Assembly: GCA_049969555.1 (NCBI GenBank)
Contig: JBMFOQ010000015.1
Location: forward strand, 1-14,385
Direction: 5' to 3'
Length of the DNA: 14,385 bases
DNA from: Minisyncoccia bacterium
GTDB lineage: Bacteria; Patescibacteriota; Minisyncoccia; UBA6257
Within the stretch, counting starts at the first letter, position 1; every line of letters begins with the position of its first letter. Shown piece by piece: positions 8,929 through 14,385 of the stretch. Both the position numbers and the translations under genes were made by a program. Below the pieces are notes generated by a model. That model saw nothing but the letters and a program-made list of their open reading frames with translations. It was not told the DNA's origin and did no database searches.

Positions 8929-11900
8929 TTATTCGGGATTTGATTTTTGAATAAGAGGATTAATTAAATTAATAGATAAAGCCAGAGATTGTAATTCTTT
9001 CAAAATCACATTGAAAGCCGCCGGAATATTTAAATTCTTTATTTTTTCTCCATTAATAATTGCTTCATAAGCCGAGGCTCTGCCCAAAACATCATCCGAT
9101 TTTATAGTTAACATTTCTTGTAAAGTATAGGCGGCGCCATAACCTTCTAAGGCCCAAACTTCCATTTCTCCAAATCGCTGGCCGCCAAAATGAGCCCTTC
9201 CGCCAAGGGGTTGCTGGGTAATCAAAGAATATGGCCCGATTGCTCTCATATGAATAATATCTTCTACCATATGGTTTAATTTCATTAGATACATTACGCC
9301 AACAGCCACTTTTTTATCAAAAGGTTCACCAGTTTTTCCGTTATATAAAACAACTTTTCCATCCTCTGGTAAACCTGCTTTGATTAATTCTTGTTTTACT
9401 TCTTCAATAGTTGGGCCATCAAGCGCCGGCACAATTGCCCGATAATTTAATTTTTTAGCAGCCCAGCCTAAATGCATTTCAAAAACTTGACCCAAATTCA
9501 TTCTTGAAGCAATTCCTAAAGGATTTAAAACAATATCAACTGGCCTTCCGTCTTCTAAATAGGGCATATCTTCTTCGGGAACAATCATTGAAATCACACC
9601 TTTGTTACCATGGCGGCCGGACAATTTATCGCCTATTCTTAATTTCCTTAACTCTGCAACCTCAACACTAATCCTTTTTATTACTCCCACATCTAATTTG
9701 TCGCCTGCTTGGCGGGATAAAATTTTCGTGCGAATTACCCTTCCCTCTCTTGATGGTTCTAATAATAACGAAGTATCTTTAACATCTTTTGTCTCTTCGC
9801 CAAATATTGCCTGAAGTAATCTTTCCTCAGGTGTCAAATCAGCCTTACCCTTCGGAGAAACTTTTCCTACCAAAATATCTCCGGCTTTTACTTCTGCGCC
9901 AATTCTGATTATTCCTTCTTCGTCCAAATTCTTTAATTTTGCTTCAGAAACATTCGGAATATCATAAGTAGTAATTTCTGGGCCCAATTTTGTATCAACA
10001 ACATCACAAGTAAATTCTTCTAAATGAATTGAAGTAAAAATATCTTCTTTTAAAACTCTCTCAGAAACAACAATTGCATCCTCATAATTAGCGCCATAAA
10101 AAGGAATTAAGGCAACAAGCAAATTTTGTCCTAAGGCAGTTACTCCATTTTCTGTAGTTGAACCATCCGCCAATAAATCTCCTTTTTCCACTTTATCTCC
10201 TTTATTAACAACTGGCCTTTGAAGCAAACAAGTTGCTTCATTGCTTCTTTCATAAGTAACTAATCGGTATTCTTTTTTCTCACCATTTAAAGTTTTAATT
10301 AAAATATGATTAGCATCTACTTCTTCTACCACTCCTTCAACATCACTGATTAAGCACTGGCCAGAATCATAAGCTAATTTTTCTTCAAGCCCTGTTGAAA
10401 CTAAAGGCGCTTTTGGTTTAACCGAAGGAACTGCCTGACGTTGCATATTTGCTCCCATTAAAGCCCTGTTTGATTCATCATGCTCCAAAAAAGGAATTAA
10501 ACCAACAGCAGCGGAAATTATTTGCTGAGGGGAAACATCAATTAAATCTATTTCTTCTCTTTTAACTAAAGTTGGTTCCAAATTCACCCTTGCTCCAACC
10601 ACCTCATCTTTAATTCTTCCTTTTTCGTCTAATGCTACTCCGGCGTGAGCAATTTTGTATTTGCTTTCTTCAAAAGCATCAAGCCAAACAATTTCGCGAG
10701 ACACTACTCCTTTTTTCACTTTAAAATAAGGGGTCTCAATAAAACCAAATTCATTTATTCGCGCATACAAAGAAAGGGTTAAAACTAAACCAATATTTTT
10801 TCCTTCTGGTGTCTGGATAGGGCAAACTCTGCCATAATGGCTCTGATGTATGTCTCTAACTTCAATCCCTGCTCGTTCTTGAACTAAACCTCCTGGCCCC
10901 ATTGGTGTAATTCTTCTTTTATGTTCTAATTCAGAAAGCATATTTGCTTGATTCATCAATTGGCAAAGCTGAGAAACATTAAAGAATTCTTTAAAAGCGC
11001 TAACCATCTGCCGGGGATTTATCAAAGCAGCCGGTGTTAAAGTTAAAGGATCAAGTTGCGCCATTCTATCTTGAATTGTTCTTCTCATTCTCATTAAACC
11101 TACCCGGAATTTATCTTGTAATATTTCTCCTACTATTCTTAGCCGCCGATTCCCTAAATGATCAATATCGTCATCTTTTGCTTTTGGGTCATTATTTAAA
11201 CGGATAATTTCTTTAACAATACTAATTAAATCTTCTAAATCAAGATTTCTTTGATTAATTGGTTTATTTAAATTTAATCTTTGGTTGAGTTTATATCTTC
11301 CAACTTTGGCCAAATCATAACGGTCTAAACGGAAAAACATATTATTAATCAAATCGCGCGCGCTATCATAAGTTGGTAGTTCGCCGGGTCTTAATCGACG
11401 ATATACCTCAATAAAAGCCTCTTCCTGAGAAGTAGAAGAAGCCTTTTGTAAAGTGGCCTCAATGTATTTATGCGGATAAATTGATTCCTCTTCTTTAAAA
11501 ACTTTTTTAATTTCTTCATCATCTTTCAAACCAAAAATCTTTAGAAGTTCGGTCACCGACACTTTTCTTTTTCTATCAATTTTTACTTCAATTGCGCCGT
11601 CAGTTGAGGTTTCAAACTCTAACCAAGCCCCTCGATAAGGAATAACTTTTGCCCCGAATAATTTTCTTCCTTTCAATCTTACCGAACTGAAATAGACTCC
11701 TGGCGAACGAATAATTTGAGAAATAACCACTTTTTCTATACCATTAATAATAAAAGTGGAACGGGGGGTTATTAGGGGAATATCGCCAAAATAAACTTCT
11801 TGCTCTTTTGAAGTATTATCTTTTAAACTTGTTAATTTTAATTTTACCCTCAAAGAGGCTTCGTAGTTTAATTGCTTTTCTTTAGCCTGTTTTTCCGAAA

Positions 11901-12111
11901 GTTTTGGTTCTTCTAAATGATAATCTTTAAACTCCAATTTTAATTCCTTTTGAGTATAATCAAAAATAGGCGTTAATTCTTCAAACACCTCTTTGATTCC
12001 TTGTTTAATAAACCAGTTAAAAGAAGACAGTTGAAACTCGGTTAAACTTGGAATTATTAAACCCTGTGACTTGGAACGAGAAAAATTCTTTATTTCTAAA
12101 GCGCTAGACAT
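8929..12111 (-). CDS. rpoB: DNA-directed RNA polymerase subunit beta (1060 aa)
   Basis: Conserved blocks: RSPGVYF, the rifampicin-cluster region SQLCQLMNQANMLSELEHKRRITPMGPGGL, HYGRVCPIQTPEGKNIGL, GRHGNKGVIS, NPLGIASRMNLGQ, GGQRFGEMEVWALEGYGAAYTLQE. It sits immediately upstream of rpoC. Confidence 0.97.
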   Translation of the reverse strand: MSSALEIKNFSRSKSQGLIIPSLTEFQLSSFNWFIKQGIKEVFEELTPIFDYTQKELKLEFKDYHLEEPKLSEKQAKEKQLNYEASLRVKLKLTSLKDNTSKEQEVYFGDIPLITPRSTFIINGIEKVVISQIIRSPGVYFSSVRLKGRKLFGAKVIPYRGAWLEFETSTDGAIEVKIDRKRKVSVTELLKIFGLKDDEEIKKVFKEEESIYPHKYIEATLQKASSTSQEEAFIEVYRRLRPGELPTYDSARDLINNMFFRLDRYDLAKVGRYKLNQRLNLNKPINQRNLDLEDLISIVKEIIRLNNDPKAKDDDIDHLGNRRLRIVGEILQDKFRVGLMRMRRTIQDRMAQLDPLTLTPAALINPRQMVSAFKEFFNVSQLCQLMNQANMLSELEHKRRITPMGPGGLVQERAGIEVRDIHQSHYGRVCPIQTPEGKNIGLVLTLSLYARINEFGFIETPYFKVKKGVVSREIVWLDAFEESKYKIAHAGVALDEKGRIKDEVVGARVNLEPTLVKREEIDLIDVSPQQIISAAVGLIPFLEHDESNRALMGANMQRQAVPSVKPKAPLVSTGLEEKLAYDSGQCLISDVEGVVEEVDANHILIKTLNGEKKEYRLVTYERSNEATCLLQRPVVNKGDKVEKGDLLADGSTTENGVTALGQNLLVALIPFYGANYEDAIVVSERVLKEDIFTSIHLEEFTCDVVDTKLGPEITTYDIPNVSEAKLKNLDEEGIIRIGAEVKAGDILVGKVSPKGKADLTPEERLLQAIFGEETKDVKDTSLLLEPSREGRVIRTKILSRQAGDKLDVGVIKRISVEVAELRKLRIGDKLSGRHGNKGVISMIVPEEDMPYLEDGRPVDIVLNPLGIASRMNLGQVFEMHLGWAAKKLNYRAIVPALDGPTIEEVKQELIKAGLPEDGKVVLYNGKTGEPFDKKVAVGVMYLMKLNHMVEDIIHMRAIGPYSLITQQPLGGRAHFGGQRFGEMEVWALEGYGAAYTLQEMLTIKSDDVLGRASAYEAIINGEKIKNLNIPAAFNVILKELQSLALSINLINPLIQKSNPE

Positions 12112-12120
12112 TTAAATTTT

Positions 12121-12156
12121 AAAAAGCAAAAAACAAAAACCTATTTTAAAATAGGT
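12121..12156 (-). terminator. Weak hairpin plus U-tract (terminator or attenuator-like) in the rpoB leader
   Basis: Perfect 18-nt palindrome ACCTATTTTAAAATAGGT (12139..12156). On the minus strand it is followed by TTTTTGTTTTTTGCTTTTT (12138..12121), and the rpoB ATG is at 12111. The stem is almost all A:U, so its stability is doubtful. Confidence 0.3.
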
Positions 12157-12193
12157 AAAAAATTTTTATAATTAGCTTAAAAGTTTAAAAACA

Positions 12194-12430
12194 TCAGACA
12201 AGGTTTTGGCGGTATTTTTTTATAAGTCCTATTGCTTTAATAATAGTTAAAACTATCCTTTTTGAGATAAAACTTTTTTCTCCTTCTTGTCTTACTTTAA
12301 AATGGTTAATTTCCCTTTTATCTATTTTATTCTTTTTTAAAAATTTGTCAAGTAAAATTACAAAATCTTCCCCTTTTTCAAAGCGAATCTCATATTTTTT
12401 CTCTTTGGCTTTAAAAATAACTTTAAACAT
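12194..12430 (-). CDS. Hypothetical 78-aa protein; possible minimal TsaB/YeaZ-like N-terminal fragment (hypothesis)
   Basis: ATG-to-TGA ORF, co-directional, 18 nt after the trmD stop and 82 nt before the rpoB start. By eye, the segment ILLDKFLKKNKIDKREINHFKVRQEGEKSFISKRIVLTIIKAIGL parallels the TsaB/YeaZ pattern ILP..(x)..L.DI..(x)..GPGSFTG.RIG...A.GLA, with the Gly-rich loop degenerated. The assignment has not been tested by any search. Confidence 0.5.
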   Translation of the reverse strand: MFKVIFKAKEKKYEIRFEKGEDFVILLDKFLKKNKIDKREINHFKVRQEGEKSFISKRIVLTIIKAIGLIKKYRQNLV

Positions 12431-12448
12431 TTCTTTTAAAAATTATTT

Positions 12449-13156
12449 TTAATTTCTTACTTTTTTTTGGTGTTTTTTCCGCCATTCTAAAATTTTTTTA
12501 TGATCTCCTGTTAAAAGAATTCGAGGAACTCGCCACGAAATTTTTTTGTTTTTTAAATTAGGATAAAAAATTTCTGGCCGCGAATACTGAGGATATTCAT
12601 AATACAAATCTTTTTCTCCTTGAGAGAGGCTTTTACTAAAAGATTCTTCTTTTAAAGAATCTTCTTTTATTACCCCTTTTATTAAACGAGTGATGCCATC
12701 TATTAAAACCATTGCTGGCAATTCTCCTCCGGTTAGAATATAATCGCCAAGAGAAATTGTTTCGTCAGCTATATATTTAGCTACTCTTTCATCAACTCCC
12801 TCATAATGAGGACAAATTAATATCAAGTGTTTGTATTTTTTTAATCTTTCCAAATCATTTTGGGCTAATTTTTTTCCTCTTAAAGAAAATAAAATCACTC
12901 TTTTTTTTCCTTTTTTATACTTTTTTTTAATTTCCTGAACTGCCTTAAATATTGGTTTAACTAAAAAAATCATTCCCGCTCCTCCACCATAAGGCCTATC
13001 ATCAATTGTTTGATGCCTATCTTCGCTCCATTTTCTTAAATTATGAATTTTAATTTTAATAAAGCCCTGTTTTTTGGCTCGTTTTAAAATGGAAGTGTTA
13101 AAATAGCTTTCAAATGCTTCTGGAAAAATGGTGATAATATCAAAGCGGATAGCCAT
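12449..13156 (-). CDS. trmD: tRNA (guanine37-N1)-methyltransferase TrmD (235 aa from the ATG at 13156)
   Basis: Motifs: MAIRFDIITIFPEAF, DDRPYGGGAGM, ICPHYEGVDERV, SLGDYILTGGELPAMVLIDGI. The track ORF begins at a TTG at 13207. The extra 17 codons (MHLFKNCGMIIIPQFLF) are just the translation of a terminator hairpin, so I use the ATG at 13156..13154, which gives a canonical TrmD N-terminus. Confidence 0.9.
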   Translation of the reverse strand: MAIRFDIITIFPEAFESYFNTSILKRAKKQGFIKIKIHNLRKWSEDRHQTIDDRPYGGGAGMIFLVKPIFKAVQEIKKKYKKGKKRVILFSLRGKKLAQNDLERLKKYKHLILICPHYEGVDERVAKYIADETISLGDYILTGGELPAMVLIDGITRLIKGVIKEDSLKEESFSKSLSQGEKDLYYEYPQYSRPEIFYPNLKNKKISWRVPRILLTGDHKKILEWRKKHQKKVRN

Positions 13157-13160
13157 AAAT

Positions 13161-13195
13161 AAAAACTGCGGTATGATAATCATACCGCAGTTTTT
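13161..13195 (-). terminator. Rho-independent terminator-like hairpin (perfect; A-tract and T-tract flanks make it potentially bidirectional) between the KH gene and trmD
   Basis: The plus strand reads AAAAACTGCGGTATGA-TAA-TCATACCGCAGTTTTT: perfect 16-nt complementary arms (12 bp with a GC-containing core, plus A5/T5) and a 3-nt loop. On the minus-strand transcript the stem is followed by UUUUUAUUU and then the trmD AUG. Confidence 0.6.
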
Positions 13196-13207
13196 AAACA
13201 AATGCAA
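13179..13207 (-). promoter_or_regulatory. Candidate sigma70-type promoter for trmD, embedded in the terminator hairpin
   Basis: Minus strand: TTGCAT (13207..13202), 17-nt spacer, TATGAT (13184..13179). The -10 lies in the hairpin, so a transcript started here would lack the full stem. Such hexamers arise by chance in AT-rich DNA. Confidence 0.25.
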
Positions 13208-13222
13208 TTTGGCCGCTTATTT

Positions 13223-13537
13223 TTAAAGTTTCAAATCTTCGACAATTTCATCAGCTGTCTTTTCGGCTGTTTTTGAAGTCGAAGCTTGAGGTTCTTCTAT
13301 TTTAAGATTAACCCGAGCCCGATTTTTTGCTCCAACGACTTTAAGAATAGTTCTTAAAGCTCTGGACATAGAACCTCCGCGACCAATAATCTGTCCCATA
13401 TCTTCAGGATGAACTTTTAAGCTTAAAAGAACACCCATTTCATCTATTTTTCTCTCGATTTTTACTTCCTCGGGATGGTTAACTATGCTTTTAACAATGA
13501 GCTCGAGAACCTGCTTATCGGTTGCTTCTTGAGCCAT
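13223..13537 (-). CDS. KH-domain RNA-binding protein (YlqC/UPF0109 family) with an acidic C-terminal tail, 104 aa
   Basis: Type-II KH signature: IVKSIVNHPEEVKIE...LSLKVHPEDMGQIIGRGGSMSRALRTIL. It sits upstream of trmD, the classic rpsP-KH-rimM-trmD neighbourhood. The roughly 25-aa tail (EEPQASTSKTAEKTADEIVEDLKL) goes beyond the usual family length. Confidence 0.85.
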   Translation of the reverse strand: MAQEATDKQVLELIVKSIVNHPEEVKIERKIDEMGVLLSLKVHPEDMGQIIGRGGSMSRALRTILKVVGAKNRARVNLKIEEPQASTSKTAEKTADEIVEDLKL

Positions 13538-13600
13538 AAGTTCTTTTATTATTTACTTTTTAAATCTCGACAACCGTCGACCAAACCAGTTGCCTACTTT

Positions 13601-13629
13601 ATTATAAAATATATTTTTAAAAATTTCAA
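13601..13629 (-). promoter_or_regulatory. Near-consensus sigma70-type promoter upstream of the KH-domain gene
   Basis: Minus strand: TTGAAA (13629..13624), exactly 17 nt of spacer, TATAAT (13606..13601). The -35 begins 6 nt after the smc stop codon. The predicted leader before the ATG at 13537 is roughly 55-60 nt. Confidence 0.5.
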
Positions 13630-13635
13630 GAGAAA

Positions 13636-14385
13636 TTAAACTTCTTCTAAAATTTTCTCTGATTCTTCTAACTTTACAGAAATAAGTTGTGAGATATTCC
13701 CTTTGAGAGTAACTCCATAAATTACTGAAGCAGCGGTCATTGTTAAACGATTATGAGTCACAACAATAAATTGAGTATTTTTGCTTAATTCTTTTAAAAT
13801 TTCTGCAAAACGTCTGCTATTTTCTTCATCTAAAGCAGCATCAATTTCGTCAACAATTACTAAGGGAGGATCACTTTGATTAACAATGGCAAAAAGTAAA
13901 GAAATAGCAGTTAGGGTTTTTTCTCCGCCAGATAAAATTTCCAAACTTTTGATTTGAGTTTTAGGAATATCAACTTTGATTTCTACCCCTTCTAAAAGTT
14001 CTTTATTTTCTTCTTTTTCTTCTTGTTTAATTTCTTTATTATTTTCTCCATTTAATTCATTTTCTAATTCTTTTTCTCTTTTTTTTATAACTAATTTAGC
14101 CGAACCCCCCTTAAACATTAACCGAAAATAACGAGAAAAATCATTGTTAATTTCATTAATTCCTTTCTTAAAATCCTCTTCTATTTTTTTGTTAAGCTCA
14201 TTGATTAAATTTTTCAAATCAGAAATTGCTTTAGTTAAATCATTAACTTGTTCGCTCAAAAAGTTATATCTCTTTTCCACCTCTTCATACTCGCGCATTA
14301 TATTTTCATCAGCCGCCCCGGCATCTAAAATTTCTCTTTTTAATCTCCAAATTCTTTTTTCTATTAATGCCATATCTAATTCTTC
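13636..14385 (-). CDS. smc: Chromosome segregation protein SMC, C-terminal head fragment (partial; the gene continues beyond the window edge)
   Basis: ABC signature LSGGEKTLTAISLLFAI, Walker B/D-loop PPLVIVDEIDAALDE, H-loop FIVVTHN, and coiled-coil sequence upstream. The frame stays open through the 4 codons (EELD) before the track's ATG at 14373, up to position 14385, so that listed start is not the real one. Confidence 0.9.
   Translation of the reverse strand, partial: EELDMALIEKRIWRLKREILDAGAADENIMREYEEVEKRYNFLSEQVNDLTKAISDLKNLINELNKKIEEDFKKGINEINNDFSRYFRLMFKGGSAKLVIKKREKELENELNGENNKEIKQEEKEENKELLEGVEIKVDIPKTQIKSLEILSGGEKTLTAISLLFAIVNQSDPPLVIVDEIDAALDEENSRRFAEILKELSKNTQFIVVTHNRLTMTAASVIYGVTLKGNISQLISVKLEESEKILEEV

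Noticed and set aside
6579-9814. Plus-strand ORFs 6579..6794, 7576..7764 and 9602..9814, and minus-strand out-of-frame ORF 8454..8651, within rpoC/rpoB
   Set aside because: They are embedded in highly conserved RNAP subunit genes, either in antisense or in an alternative frame. They are short and lack recognisable features, so I treat them as chance ORFs.
12194-12196. The only TGA stop in the window (all other genes end in TAA): possible alternative genetic code (UGA as Gly or Trp)
   Set aside because: All long conserved genes translate intact under the standard code, with TGG used for Trp. Read-through of this TGA would add only 3 codons before a TAA. There is no evidence for recoding.
12901-12928. 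Homopolymer runs of 8 or more A/T inside coding regions (for example 12901..12908 and 12921..12928 in trmD, 8343..8350 and 8099..8106 in rpoC, 436..443 at the clpB 3' end) as possible slippage or phase-variation sites
   Set aside because: All of them encode in-frame Lys-rich stretches in intact essential genes. Such tracts are expected from the base composition, and nothing suggests frameshifting.
13157-13207. N-terminal 17-codon extension of trmD (TTG start at 13207) as given in the ORF track
   Set aside because: The extension (MHLFKNCGMIIIPQFLF) is simply the translation of the terminator hairpin and its flanks. The ATG at 13156 gives the canonical MAIRFDIITIFP TrmD N-terminus.
1-14385. 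Whole-window scan for CRISPR repeats, transposase/integrase genes, tRNA/rRNA genes, toxin-antitoxin pairs or defence-system domains
   Set aside because: I found none. Apart from the features listed, the window is fully accounted for by housekeeping genes on one strand with short spacers. Claiming a novel multi-gene system here would not be supported by the sequence.

Overview
AT-rich bacterial window in which every credible gene is on the minus strand. It reads as a core housekeeping region of a small, low-GC genome; the Lys/Glu/Ile/Asn-rich proteins and compact RpoB/RpoC suggest a reduced, possibly CPR/Patescibacteria-like organism, but that is inference only. Minus-strand gene order, from high to low coordinates: smc (C-terminal fragment, open to the window edge), KH-domain RNA-binding protein, trmD, a 78-aa orphan, rpoB, rpoC, uppS, htrA/degP-like protease, clpB, and a 138-codon membrane-protein ORF (34..450) that I found by hand-translating the minus strand and that is missing from the supplied ORF track. 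I see no CRISPR array, transposase, integrase, tRNA/rRNA gene or recognisable defence or toxin module, and I cannot support a claim of a novel multi-gene system here. The points worth a second look are smaller: (1) the unlisted membrane ORF; (2) substitutions at rifamycin-contact positions in RpoB, including the equivalent of E. coli D516N; (3) the 78-aa orphan next to trmD, which by eye resembles the N-terminal helix pair of TsaB/YeaZ; (4) a perfect terminator hairpin directly in front of trmD, which also shows that the track's trmD start is too far upstream; (5) a collapsed smc...KH...trmD synteny skeleton; (6) several promoter, operator or attenuator-like sites. All plus-strand ORFs in the track look like antisense shadows.
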